From Syntrophus sp. (in: bacteria) (lineage in GTDB: Bacteria > Desulfobacterota > Syntrophia > Syntrophales > UBA8958): a DNA stretch of 64,000 bases. A program made the position numbers and the translations under genes. Numbering within the stretch: the first letter of the stretch is position 1; every line of letters starts with the position of its first letter. This document shows, one piece after another, positions 18,777 to 28,046 of this stretch. Where the stretch lies: NCBI GenBank assembly GCA_025355725.1, contig JANXZC010000182.1, positions 33,885-97,884 on the forward strand. The letters are read 5' to 3'. Under the pieces are notes generated by a model. That model saw nothing but the letters and a program-made list of their open reading frames with translations, had not been told where the DNA came from and ran no database searches.

Positions 18777-18802
18777 TTCTCCTATCAATATCCCCAATTC
18801 AA

Positions 18803-18833
18803 AGGGGCCATACCCCACCGGGATATGGCCCCT
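18803..18833 (-). terminator. GC-rich hairpin between TPP aptamer and thiN start (candidate expression platform)
   Basis: The minus strand reads AGGGGCCATA-tcccggtgggg-TATGGCCCCT followed by TTGAATTGGGG. It is a 10-bp stem with only a weak U tract, so terminator versus RBS-sequestering function is unresolved. Confidence 0.35.
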
Positions 18834-18849
18834 GAAAAATACTGATCAT

Positions 18850-18932
18850 CTTTCCGCCACTCCCTACGCTGGCATTACCCAGGTCAGGTTCAAAGGGTAT
18901 CTTCTCAGCCTTATCGGCGCCCCTGTCAACTA
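18850..18932 (-). ncRNA. TPP (THI-box) riboswitch
   Basis: The minus strand reads CAGGGGCGCCGATAAGGCTGAGAAGATACCCTTTGAACCTGACCTGGGTAATGCCAGCGTAGGGAGTGG. This contains the conserved GGGG, CTGAGA, ACCC, GAACCTGA, TAATGCCAGCGTAGGGA blocks. Confidence 0.9.
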
Positions 18933-19015
18933 TTTACGGACACGACTACACCAGCCCCGGCCGCAAAAGGTGATGTGCGATCCTACGAATCTATTTTTGG
19001 AAAAGCAAGGATTTT

Positions 19016-19906
19016 TTAGACGATGACGGCCCGCCAGCTTCCCGAGGGTATGCGGGGCATTCCTTCGACGCTCATATCCACAAAATAGGTCCACGCAAGG
19101 CAAGGCGCCCCGTCGGCCCTCCTCGCCTGAACGATTGCTCTGCGGAAGAATGTTCCCGTTGCGGCATAACGCCTGGCTGTTTCAACAATATCGAGGAATT
19201 CAAAGGCCTTTTTCGGGTCTTTCAATGCGTAGAGCTCGCCATTTACGATCTGGCGTCCCGTCACATCAGGAATCATGCAGGGGAAGCCCTTCCAGCTATT
19301 ATAGAGTAACCCGTGTGCCTGAGCCTCCACTCGCGATTCCAGATCGGTCCAGGCTGCTAATATGTAGTGACGGGGACAGCCGCTCATCAGGGTTCCATAA
19401 ACAAAGAGATGGTCAATGTAGAAGTCCGGTTCCTTCCCCTCCGTCACCGACGCGAGCATCCGTTCATTGATCTGGTGGGCCGCCATTCCTTCCCGGACGA
19501 TGCGGAGATAATCCGGATGGGGGGGGACAAAAGTCTTGGAGGTTTTGGAGGCGTCGATCTGATAGGCGACGGCAACGTGTTCCATGCCGTCATCGGTCAG
19601 GGCTACGATGTTTAGATGCTTGTACATATGCTCCGTATCACCCTTGGCATCAAGAACATTCCAGCCGCCGGGCAGGACGCGGAAAAGCGCTCCCGGGGCC
19701 GCCTGCCCGAGCTGGTACTTGATATTCAGGATACCGCCCCGACGGAAAGATGAGAAATAATTGACGATCAGACGGGTGTCAGGCAGATAGGCGTTTGCCA
19801 CCTTTTCTCCGAGGGGATAAATTTGACCTCTCTCTTCACACCAGCGGTTCAGGTCCGTCGCATTTAGATTGGAGCCATAGGCAAAATATAAAAGTTCACC
19901 CACCAT
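19016..19906 (-). CDS. Tandem gamma-glutamylcyclotransferase-like (GGCT/AIG2) domain protein
   Basis: The first half starts YFAYGSNLNATDL. The second half starts LFVYGTLMSG and ends with a conserved E...Y region. Both are GGCT-fold openings. Confidence 0.65.
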   Translation of the reverse strand: MVGELLYFAYGSNLNATDLNRWCEERGQIYPLGEKVANAYLPDTRLIVNYFSSFRRGGILNIKYQLGQAAPGALFRVLPGGWNVLDAKGDTEHMYKHLNIVALTDDGMEHVAVAYQIDASKTSKTFVPPHPDYLRIVREGMAAHQINERMLASVTEGKEPDFYIDHLFVYGTLMSGCPRHYILAAWTDLESRVEAQAHGLLYNSWKGFPCMIPDVTGRQIVNGELYALKDPKKAFEFLDIVETARRYAATGTFFRRAIVQARRADGAPCLAWTYFVDMSVEGMPRIPSGSWRAVIV

Positions 19907-19908
19907 AG

Positions 19909-20685
19909 TTAAGCCGATTTCCTTTGTATTCCAAACAGTTTAATTGCATTGTCCGCAGTTGCCCGCCCCACCTCCGGGACGGATAAGCCCTTCAATTCCG
20001 CCACCTTTTTTGCTGTGAAGGCAACATAGGCAGGTTCGTTCCGTTTGCCACGATGGGGCAGGGGTGTCAGATAGGGGGCGTCTGTTTCGATCAGGAGGCG
20101 GTCCAGGGGGACCTGGCAGACTACCTCCCATAACCGGTCTGATTTGGCATAGGTCACCGGACCGGCAATGGAAATGTAAAAGCCCATATCCAAGCAGGCC
20201 ATGGCCATGGCCGTATCGCCGGAAAAACAGTGGATCACGCCGCCCGTCGATCCCTTCCAGCTCTTCAGGATGGCAACGGTCTGGCTATGGGCGTCCCGGT
20301 CATGTATGATCACCGGCAAGCCCAGGTCGGTGGCAATGTCAAGCTGTTCTCCAAAACACCTGGTCTGGGTCTCCGGCGGCGACAAGTTGCGGAAGAAATC
20401 CAGGCCGATTTCTCCATAGGCCACCACCTTCTCTTCCAGGGCCAGTTTCTTCAGCAAAACATAGGTCTGATCGTCGATGCCTTTCGTGTCGTGAGGGTGG
20501 ATACCGACTGCGGCGTAGACGGAGGGATGGGCGCGGGCAATCTCCACCGCCTTGCGGCATTCCCGGGGAGTTGTCCCCACCGTAATTATATAGTCGACCC
20601 CTTCCTCCGTCGCCCTGCGGACAACATCTTCCCGATCACGGTCGAACTCTCTCATTTCGAGGTGGGCGTGGGAATCAATAAACAT
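19909..20685 (-). CDS. tatD: TatD family metal-dependent hydrolase
   Basis: MFIDSHAHL, GEIGLDF, IHDRDAH, VIHCFSG and ETDAPYL are present in canonical order. Confidence 0.85.
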   Translation of the reverse strand: MFIDSHAHLEMREFDRDREDVVRRATEEGVDYIITVGTTPRECRKAVEIARAHPSVYAAVGIHPHDTKGIDDQTYVLLKKLALEEKVVAYGEIGLDFFRNLSPPETQTRCFGEQLDIATDLGLPVIIHDRDAHSQTVAILKSWKGSTGGVIHCFSGDTAMAMACLDMGFYISIAGPVTYAKSDRLWEVVCQVPLDRLLIETDAPYLTPLPHRGKRNEPAYVAFTAKKVAELKGLSVPEVGRATADNAIKLFGIQRKSA

Positions 20686-20691
20686 ATCTTC

Positions 20692-20868
20692 TTATGAAAC
20701 GGGGCTATCCTTCTTTTCCATGACGACGGTAACCTTATCCGCATTAGCGGAAACGTCGGGGAGGCCTTCCAGATAGCCATTCAAGTCTTCTTCCTTCAGC
20801 TCTCCATTCATGATTTTCATCCCGATGATCCTCTTGTCGGTACTGCCATTGTATATCTGTTTAGCCAT
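20692..20868 (-). CDS. 58-aa hypothetical protein (below the 60-aa track cutoff)
   Basis: My own translation is MAKQIYNGSTDKRIIGMKIMNGELKEEDLNGYLEGLPDVSANADKVTVVMEKKDSPVS. The aaggaag RBS overlaps the stop of the upstream oxidoreductase, 8 nt away. I recognise no family. Confidence 0.45.
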   Translation of the reverse strand: MAKQIYNGSTDKRIIGMKIMNGELKEEDLNGYLEGLPDVSANADKVTVVMEKKDSPVS

Positions 20869-20876
20869 GTCTTCCT

Positions 20877-21872
20877 TTAACCCTCCCGGATCATTTTCTT
20901 TGCCTTCTCGATACGTACTACCGCCTCCGCCGCCATCCTGTCAAGGAGTTCCCCGCAGGTGGGGATATCCCTGATGAACCCGATGGACTGTCCGACCATG
21001 AGAGGAGCGTAATCCACGTCTCCCGTTTCCCATGCCTGCTTTACCTTCTGGCCGGAAAGAAGAGGGATGAGTTCCTCAAAACCGCCACCCCGCTTCTCGA
21101 TGGCGCACACCTCTTCCAGTATCTTCGTTTTCAAGCCCCGACCTTGCAGACCCAGGGATTTCCCATAGATGACGGTCTCATACTCCTGCCGCCGGATCAG
21201 TTCCTGCTTGATGTTTTCATGGACCTCGCACTCCTTGGTGGCCACAAACCGGCTGGCCATCATGACCCCCTGGGCCCCCAGCACCAGCGCCGCCGCCAAG
21301 GCACGGCCATCGGCAATGCCGCCCACGGTGACTACGGGGATTTTTACGGATTCCGCAATCCGGGGCGTCAGGACCATGGTGGTAACGTCGTCGTCGAGGG
21401 GATGACCGCCCTCTTCGATACCGGCGGCGTAAATGCCGTCGTAACCGACCTTTTCGGCATGGAGGGCATGACGGACAGACCCGACCTTGTGAAAGATTTT
21501 TACCCCCGCCCCTTTGAGGACCTCTATTGCGGCCATGCCGGCCACCTTGTCCACGGGGGTGCCGGAAAACTCGATCCCCGCAACCTTTTCCTCGGTACAG
21601 ACCCGGATGTACATTTTGTGATGCTCCGGGGTAATCCGGACTGAGGGCAGGAGGGTAATATTTACCATGAAGGGCTTATCCGTAAGCTTACGCGTTTCTC
21701 CGATGGCCGTACGGAAGTCAGCTTCCGTTTCATAATTTCCCGCCGTCAGATTGCCCATCCCGCCTGCATTGGAGACGGCGGCGCAGAACCGTGGCTTGCA
21801 TAGCCACATCATGGCCCCGCAGATTATGGGATATTTGATGCCAAACATTTCGGTAATGGCTGTTTTGAACAT
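20877..21872 (-). CDS. NAD(P)H-dependent flavin oxidoreductase (nitronate monooxygenase / FabK-like)
   Basis: GIKYPIICGAMMW...SNAGGMG, a TIM-barrel FMN site pattern, and the GGIADGR motif. Confidence 0.8.
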   Translation of the reverse strand: MFKTAITEMFGIKYPIICGAMMWLCKPRFCAAVSNAGGMGNLTAGNYETEADFRTAIGETRKLTDKPFMVNITLLPSVRITPEHHKMYIRVCTEEKVAGIEFSGTPVDKVAGMAAIEVLKGAGVKIFHKVGSVRHALHAEKVGYDGIYAAGIEEGGHPLDDDVTTMVLTPRIAESVKIPVVTVGGIADGRALAAALVLGAQGVMMASRFVATKECEVHENIKQELIRRQEYETVIYGKSLGLQGRGLKTKILEEVCAIEKRGGGFEELIPLLSGQKVKQAWETGDVDYAPLMVGQSIGFIRDIPTCGELLDRMAAEAVVRIEKAKKMIREG

Positions 21873-22040
21873 AAATATTCTCCTTGAACTTGCCTTGATA
21901 GGAACGTTGTTTCCTAATGAAAAGTCTCGCTCCTGTCAACTTCTTTTCCCGCTTTCTGCGGGAGGCGCCGGTTCTTCCTTGACAGCAAAGGGACGAAAGG
22001 TTAGCCTTTGGCCAGTTCAGAGGCCGGGAAAGCGTTTTTT

Positions 22041-22901
22041 ATGATTGAAATAAATAATCATGCCGATGTCACCCAGATCAAAATGAGCCGGGAGTTGGAT
22101 GGCAAGCCCCTCTACTGGGTAGCCGCGTATCTCGTCAATGGTATTCTCATCGATACAGGTTGCGACTATACGGCCGCGGAGCTTGTCGCCTTCCTGAAGG
22201 GCAAAAAACTTGATCTGGTGGTCAACACCCATTTTCATGAGGATCACGTCGGCGGCAATGCCCAGATCCAGAAGCAGTTTCAGGTTTCTATCTATGCGCC
22301 GCCCGATTCCATCCCCATCATTGGACGGAAGCCATTCCTCTATTCCTACCAGGAAATGGTCTGGGGGTATCCGGCGCCTTCGACGGCAAAACCGGTTCCT
22401 CCCTTTATCCGGACCGACCACCACACCTTCGACATCCTGGCAACGCCGGGGCATTCGGTAGGGCACATTGTTCTGCTGGAAAAGGAGCGGGGCTGGTGTT
22501 TCTCCGGGGACATCTTTGCCCGGGAAAATCCCAAGTTTATCCGCCCGGAAGAGGACATGGAGGAAACAATCAACTCGTTAGCACAAATTCTGGCGGCAAT
22601 GCCCCCCCAGTTTACTTTGTTTACCTCCATCGGCAAGATCGTGGAAAACGGGCGGGCGGCCCTGGAGGAAAATATCCGTTATTTACAGGAACTGGCGGCA
22701 AAGGCGCAGGGGCTTCATAAACAGGGGCGCAACGTGGAGGAGATCATCCAGGATATCTTCGGCGGCGAGCACTTCTTCGCCCAGATGACCGATGGCCAGT
22801 ACACAACGGAAAACCTGGTCCGGTCGGTCCTGAAGATTACCGATACCGCCATCTCGTCCCCGTTTCGCGGCATAGGGCCGGAAGGGAAAATCTCAGACTG
22901 A
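22041..22901 (+). CDS. MBL-fold metallo-hydrolase
   Basis: NTHFHEDHVGGN (HxHxDH), then TPGHSVGH and D in canonical order. ATG at 22041 is preferred. Confidence 0.75.
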   Translation: MIEINNHADVTQIKMSRELDGKPLYWVAAYLVNGILIDTGCDYTAAELVAFLKGKKLDLVVNTHFHEDHVGGNAQIQKQFQVSIYAPPDSIPIIGRKPFLYSYQEMVWGYPAPSTAKPVPPFIRTDHHTFDILATPGHSVGHIVLLEKERGWCFSGDIFARENPKFIRPEEDMEETINSLAQILAAMPPQFTLFTSIGKIVENGRAALEENIRYLQELAAKAQGLHKQGRNVEEIIQDIFGGEHFFAQMTDGQYTTENLVRSVLKITDTAISSPFRGIGPEGKISD

Positions 22902-23611
22902 TGCTAGTGCAAAGTATCGATAGAACATCAACTTATGTGCTTGTCCACGGGGCTACGGCAGGGGGATGGGTCTGGCCGCCCATACCCGCCATGCTACGCC
23001 AGGCCGGGCACAGAGTTTGTACGCCGACCCTGACCGGGCTGGGGGAGCGGGCTCACCTCATCAGCCCGGACATCGGTCTGAACACCCACATAGATGATAT
23101 TGTTGGTGTATTTACATGCGAAGACCTGCGGGATGTCATTCTCGTAGGCCACAGTTACGGCGGCGCCGTTGTCACCGGGGCGGCGGAAAGGATCCCCGAG
23201 CGGATCAGGCAGCTCATCTATCTGGATGCCCTGATTCCCGAGGACGGCCAGGCCGTGATAAATCTTTATCCACACGATATTGCAGAATTACTTTCTCAAT
23301 ATGTCAAAACCAAAGGTGACGGTTGGCGTTATCCGCCCCCGGAACCAAAGGGAGATCCCCGTTTCGCTGATCATCCCGCCCGGACCATGTTTGAACCGTT
23401 GACCCTCGCCAATCCCCGCGCCTTGAGTATACCCCGGGCCTATATTTATTGCACCGACAAGGGAGACGCCGGTCCCCAGCACCAGGGAATTATTCAAACC
23501 GCCGCCCGGGTCCGCGCCGCCGGATGGCCCTTTTATGAAATAAAAACCGGCCACCACCCCATGCAGACGGCCCCGGGGGAGCTCGCCCGGATCCTTCTCT
23601 CCTTCGCTTGA
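22901..23611 (+). CDS. Alpha/beta hydrolase (esterase family)
   Basis: YVLVHGATAGGWVW, the nucleophile elbow VGHSYGG, and a C-terminal His (GHHPM). The start overlaps the upstream stop (TGATG). Confidence 0.75.
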   Translation: MLVQSIDRTSTYVLVHGATAGGWVWPPIPAMLRQAGHRVCTPTLTGLGERAHLISPDIGLNTHIDDIVGVFTCEDLRDVILVGHSYGGAVVTGAAERIPERIRQLIYLDALIPEDGQAVINLYPHDIAELLSQYVKTKGDGWRYPPPEPKGDPRFADHPARTMFEPLTLANPRALSIPRAYIYCTDKGDAGPQHQGIIQTAARVRAAGWPFYEIKTGHHPMQTAPGELARILLSFA

Positions 23612-23625
23612 TACTGAGGTTAATT

Positions 23626-24162
23626 ATGACTGATCGCCAAAACACAGAGAAGCTCTTTAGTGTCGATAACTTGAAAGAAGATGATATTGAATTGCTTGAT
23701 CCTACCCTGAGATGGTGGATGTCCGAACAGGGTCAGGTCAGGGAAGAGGAAGTACGGGAAACCAAAAAGCGGATGCGGGCAAGCCTCGGGAATGCCCATG
23801 ATGACGTCTATGTTGTGGCCCGAGAACGAGCAGGGGGGCCTCCTGCAGGCGTGATGGGATTCGGCTCCCTCGATGCGCGTTTTTTCCCTTACCGATCCGC
23901 AGGAGATGCCAAGGCGGCGGGACTCTTAACGGCCTTCATTTCTCCCGACTACCGTGGCCAGGGATTGGGCAAGGTACTGATTACCGAGGTCTTTCATAAG
24001 GCAATAACATCCGGTTGCACGGAAATAATCTGGTCGAGCAACCCCCGCTATCGGGAAACAGCCTGGAAATTCTACACCGCTATGGCGGGTGACCAAATCG
24101 GAACTATTGACGATTTCTTTTTCCCTGGCAGCCTCTCCCCGGTGTGGAGGAAATCGCTTTAG
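23626..24162 (+). CDS. GNAT family N-acetyltransferase
   Basis: Acetyl-CoA motif A YRGQGLGKVLITEV. ATG at 23626 follows a gagg RBS. Confidence 0.65.
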   Translation: MTDRQNTEKLFSVDNLKEDDIELLDPTLRWWMSEQGQVREEEVRETKKRMRASLGNAHDDVYVVARERAGGPPAGVMGFGSLDARFFPYRSAGDAKAAGLLTAFISPDYRGQGLGKVLITEVFHKAITSGCTEIIWSSNPRYRETAWKFYTAMAGDQIGTIDDFFFPGSLSPVWRKSL

Positions 24163-24176
24163 GGTTGCGTTTTTAT

Positions 24177-24866
24177 ATGAGTGAATTTATCTTATTTGCC
24201 CACCGCGGGGCGAGCGGTTATGAACCGGAAAACACCCTCTCGGCCTTTGATCTGGCCCTGGCGATGGGGGCGCGGTGGATTGAATTGGATGTCTATGCCG
24301 TGGATGGGGAACTGGTGGTCATCCACGATGATCGCCTGGAGCGGACCACCAACGGCACGGGGTTCGTGATGGACAAAGGCCTTTCTTATCTCCGCAGCCT
24401 CGACGCCGGAAAGGGGCAAAAAATACCACTGCTCAGAGAAGTTTTTGATTTAGTTAGTGATCGCGCCGGGATCAATATAGAATTGAAAGGATCGGGAACC
24501 GCCGCTCCGGCTTCCGCCCTTATCGCCGCCGCGATCACAGCGCGCCGGATGACGGCGGAACAGCTTATCGTTTCCTCATTCAACCACAAGGAATTGCTCT
24601 GTTTCAAGGCCATACATCCCGAAATAAGGATCGGCGCACTCGTCTCCGGCGTCCCTCGGCGCTCCGCCCGGTTTGCCGAGAAAATGGAGGCTTACGCTGT
24701 TCACGCCGGGATGAATATCGTCAACAGGAGGTTTGTCGCCGACGCCCATCACCGGGGGCTGAAATTCTTTGTCTATACCGTGAATACCGGGGAAGATCTG
24801 AAACGGATGCAGGATATGGGTGTCGATGGTGCATTTACCAACTATCCGGATTTATTCAGTTACTAA
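24177..24866 (+). CDS. ugpQ: Glycerophosphodiester phosphodiesterase
   Basis: FAHRGASGYEPENTLSAF...WIELDV...VIHDDRLERTTNG are GDPD catalytic motifs. Confidence 0.85.
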   Translation: MSEFILFAHRGASGYEPENTLSAFDLALAMGARWIELDVYAVDGELVVIHDDRLERTTNGTGFVMDKGLSYLRSLDAGKGQKIPLLREVFDLVSDRAGINIELKGSGTAAPASALIAAAITARRMTAEQLIVSSFNHKELLCFKAIHPEIRIGALVSGVPRRSARFAEKMEAYAVHAGMNIVNRRFVADAHHRGLKFFVYTVNTGEDLKRMQDMGVDGAFTNYPDLFSY

Positions 24867-25039
24867 AGCATTCGTCCCGCTATTGCCTGACATATATCTT
24901 CCCTGGTCGGAAATATTTTTCCGGGCTGTCCATAATTTGTCCTTGACGATCATGGACTTTCTTACGTATGATCCCCCCGCCGCTGAGGATTATTGATTCG
25001 TGCAGATGAGCAGCAGGCGATCCAAAGGAAAATCGATCC

Positions 25040-25720
25040 ATGAAAAGAAGCACCATATTAAAACTTCTCTGTCTGGCCATCCTTTTCGGCGGCGGGACTT
25101 GGCTCTTTATCCATTTCGATCTTATCCAGTTTTTCACGGACCGGAAGAAGGCCATCGAGTTTATCAATTCCTTCGGAGCCCTGTCGGTGGTGGTCTTTAT
25201 CGGGCTCCAGATCCTCCAGGTGCTCTTCGCCCCCGTTCCCGGCGAGGCGACAGGATTCATCGGTGGTTACATCTACGGGTCCGTCCTGGGGACGCTGTAT
25301 TCCACCATCGGGCTCACCATCGGTTCCTGGCTCGCCTTCGCCCTGGCCCGCTGGCTCGGACTGTCTTTCGTGGAAAAGGCCGTCAGTCCGGCGATCCTTA
25401 AAAAATATGACTACTTCATGGAACATAAGGGGACGCTCGTCACCTTTATTCTGTTTCTAATTCCCGGATTCCCCAAGGACGCCCTCTGTTATATCATGGG
25501 ATTGAGCCACATGAGGACACGGTTGTTTCTTGTCATTTCCACCGTCGGCCGTCTCTTGGGAACAGCCATGCTCTCCGTCAGTGGCAACTGTTTGCGGTAC
25601 AATCAGCACGGCGCTCTCTGGGTACTTGCGGCGATCAGCGTTGGTTCCGTCATTATCGCCTATTTTTTCCGTGATAAGTTGCACAATTTCCTGAAAGACA
25701 AGCACTCCCCACCGCAATAA
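25040..25720 (+). CDS. TVP38/TMEM64 (DedA-related) family membrane protein
   Basis: A polytopic protein with the family motif FAPVPGEATGFIGGYIYG, plus FPKDALCY. Confidence 0.8.
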   Translation: MKRSTILKLLCLAILFGGGTWLFIHFDLIQFFTDRKKAIEFINSFGALSVVVFIGLQILQVLFAPVPGEATGFIGGYIYGSVLGTLYSTIGLTIGSWLAFALARWLGLSFVEKAVSPAILKKYDYFMEHKGTLVTFILFLIPGFPKDALCYIMGLSHMRTRLFLVISTVGRLLGTAMLSVSGNCLRYNQHGALWVLAAISVGSVIIAYFFRDKLHNFLKDKHSPPQ

Positions 25721-25927
25721 AACGTCCACACTGTTGCATCAAGGGAGCGACGGGAATATTTCCTCATAAAAAGGGGAATATCTCCCCATTATTAGGTGGT
25801 GTAAAAAATTAACCTTTATGATGCTTGCCATGTAACAATCAGGTATTATTAGTCTTTCTGAATAAATTGTTTATGGCATGTTTCTTGTTATTAAGTGAAG
25901 AAAAAATGGAAGGAGGTGAAACCACAA

Positions 25928-26155
25928 ATGAAGAAACTGCTCTCGATCATCGTTTCGATGCTTTTCGCACTTTCCGTGTCCGGTTTGGCATTCGCACAGC
26001 CGGCCGCAAAGCCCGCTGCTGAGCCCGTAAAGGCCGAGGAGAAGGCACCTGCAAAGGCTGACAAGAAGAAGGCTAAGAAGGCTAAGAAGGCTAAGAAGGC
26101 ACCTAAGGCTGACGTGAAGGCCGACGAAAAGGCTCCGGCTGCTGACAAGAAGTAA
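25928..26155 (+). CDS. Secreted Lys/Ala-rich low-complexity protein (75 aa)
   Basis: An aggagg RBS precedes the signal peptide MKKLLSIIVSMLFALSVSGLAFA|QP. The mature part is AKPAAEPVKAEEKAPAKADKKKAKKAKKAKKAPK. The tracked start at 25895 is unsupported. Confidence 0.6.
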   Translation: MKKLLSIIVSMLFALSVSGLAFAQPAAKPAAEPVKAEEKAPAKADKKKAKKAKKAKKAPKADVKADEKAPAADKK

Positions 26156-26181
26156 GCACCTTCCCATCTTTAGCTCTAAAT

Positions 26182-26215
26182 AAAAGAGGCTCCTGGTATC
26201 AGGGGCCTCTTTTAT
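26182..26215. terminator. Bidirectional intrinsic terminator between convergent genes
   Basis: aaaagaggctcc-tggtatc-aggggcctctttt is a GC stem flanked by an A-run and a T-run. Confidence 0.6.
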
Positions 26216-26221
26216 TAGATA

Positions 26222-27061
26222 TTATCTGCCCCCACGGAGCCGTGGATCAAGGGCGTCCCGGATGCCTTCTCCCAAAAGATTATAGCCCAGTACCGTGATC
26301 AGGATGGCCAGACCGGGATAGAGGGAAAGCCACCAGGCAATGTCGATGTTATCCTTCCCTGCCGTCAGGATATTGCCCCAGCTAGGCGTTGGCGGTTGGA
26401 CGCCAATTCCAAGAAAGCTCAGCGCCGATTCCGTGAGAATCGCTCCCGCCACCCCCAGCGACGCCGCTACGAGAACGGAGGTCATGGCATTGGGGAGGAT
26501 GTGACGGAAGATAATGCGTGCATCGCCGGCCCCCAGGACTCGCGCCGCCATTACAAAGTCTCTTTCCTTCAGAGACATGAAATCGGCCCGGACCAACCGG
26601 GTGATGCCCATCCAGCCTGTTACCCCGATGATGATCATAATATTCCAGATGGAGGGATCCAAAAAGGCGATGACTGCCAAGATGAGGAAAAACGTGGGAA
26701 AGCACAGCATCATGTCCACAAACCGCATGATGACGGCGTCCCACCAACCTCCGTAATAGCCGGCAAGCGCCCCCAGCAGGGCGCCGATAATCACGGCGAT
26801 ACCCGTTGCCACAAATCCGACCTTCAGGGAAATGCCCGCCCCCCAGATCATCCGGCTGAGGACATCCCGACCCAACTGATCTGTTCCGCACCAGTGCTCT
26901 ACAGAGGGAGGGGCGAGAATCTTTTTCAGGTCGATGGCGAGGGGATCATGAGGGGAAAGCCACGGCGCCAGCAGGGAAACGACAAAAAGGAGCAAGACGA
27001 TGATACCGCCGGCGACGGCCATCTTGTTTCGTAAAAAACGTTTCCAGAACTCAGAAAGCAT
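26222..27061 (-). CDS. ABC transporter permease, Opp/Dpp/Nik family (DppC-like)
   Basis: A six-TM protein with N-terminal LSPHDP and the EAA-loop-type region SLKERDFVMAARVLGA. Confidence 0.85.
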   Translation of the reverse strand: MLSEFWKRFLRNKMAVAGGIIVLLLFVVSLLAPWLSPHDPLAIDLKKILAPPSVEHWCGTDQLGRDVLSRMIWGAGISLKVGFVATGIAVIIGALLGALAGYYGGWWDAVIMRFVDMMLCFPTFFLILAVIAFLDPSIWNIMIIIGVTGWMGITRLVRADFMSLKERDFVMAARVLGAGDARIIFRHILPNAMTSVLVAASLGVAGAILTESALSFLGIGVQPPTPSWGNILTAGKDNIDIAWWLSLYPGLAILITVLGYNLLGEGIRDALDPRLRGGR

Positions 27062-27071
27062 GGCTGATCCT

Positions 27072-28046
27072 CTAAGACACTCTAATCCTGGGGTCTGCTA
27101 CGGCGTAAGCAACGTCGGCAATCAGGTTCCCCAGGAGGGTCAGGACAGCGCCGATGAACAAAATCCCCATGATGGTTGGATAATCCCTGGCCATTACAGA
27201 CATGTAAAAAAGCTGCCCCATGCCGGGAATGGCGAATATCGTCTCGAAGATGACGCTGCCGCCGATAAGCCCGGGAATCGAAAGACCGAGAATAGTGATA
27301 ACCGGTAGCAAGGCGTTGCGGAGGGCGTGGTTATAGACGACCTGAAACTCGCTCAGCCCCTTGGCCCGCGCCGTCATAATGTAATCCTGGCGAATAACCT
27401 CCAGCATATTGGCCCGCATGTATCGGGACAGGCCGGCTAAACCTCCGAAGGCGGATATACCCACGGGCAGGATCAGGTGCCTGACAAGATCCCAGCAAGC
27501 GGCCCCCGGAGCAAGATACTCATAATTCAGTGATCGTATTCCCGATATGGGCAGCCAGCCCAGATCCACCCCGAAGAAGATCATCAGGAGCAGGGCAAGC
27601 CAGAAGGTCGGAATGGCAAAACCTACAAAGACAAAGACACTGACGACCCGATCAAACCAGGAATCCTGATGGACCGCCGAGAGTACCCCGAGTGGTATGG
27701 CCACTGCCAAAATCAGGAGCATGGAGAGGATATTCAGGATAATGGTAATGGGCAGACGTTCCATGATCTTGTCTGCCACGGGACGGCGATCGGTAGCAAA
27801 TGATTTGCCCAGATCCATGACCAGCAGGCGCTTTACCCACAATCCGTATTGGACATGGAGGGGCTTGTCCAGATCGTACATCGCCCGCAGGCGTTCCTTC
27901 AGTTCCGCTGACGCCCGGGGATTCATCTGGGTCTGAAGGTCCGTCGGGGAACCGGGGGCCAGATGCATGACGGCAAAACAGATGATCGTAATCCCGACCA
28001 GCATGGGGATCATAAAGCCGATACGCTTCAGGATATATCTCAGCAA
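27072..28046 (-). CDS. ABC transporter permease, Opp/Dpp/Nik family (DppB-like)
   Basis: [24 protein letters not shown] is a typical DppB N-terminus. The EAA loop is [13 protein letters not shown]. Confidence 0.85.
   Translation of the reverse strand: MLRYILKRIGFMIPMLVGITIICFAVMHLAPGSPTDLQTQMNPRASAELKERLRAMYDLDKPLHVQYGLWVKRLLVMDLGKSFATDRRPVADKIMERLPITIILNILSMLLILAVAIPLGVLSAVHQDSWFDRVVSVFVFVGFAIPTFWLALLLMIFFGVDLGWLPISGIRSLNYEYLAPGAACWDLVRHLILPVGISAFGGLAGLSRYMRANMLEVIRQDYIMTARAKGLSEFQVVYNHALRNALLPVITILGLSIPGLIGGSVIFETIFAIPGMGQLFYMSVMARDYPTIMGILFIGAVLTLLGNLIADVAYAVADPRIRVS

Noticed and set aside
24880-25260. 126-aa minus-strand ORF overlapping the start of the TVP38-family gene
   Set aside because: It overlaps a well-supported membrane protein gene on the other strand and has no motifs.
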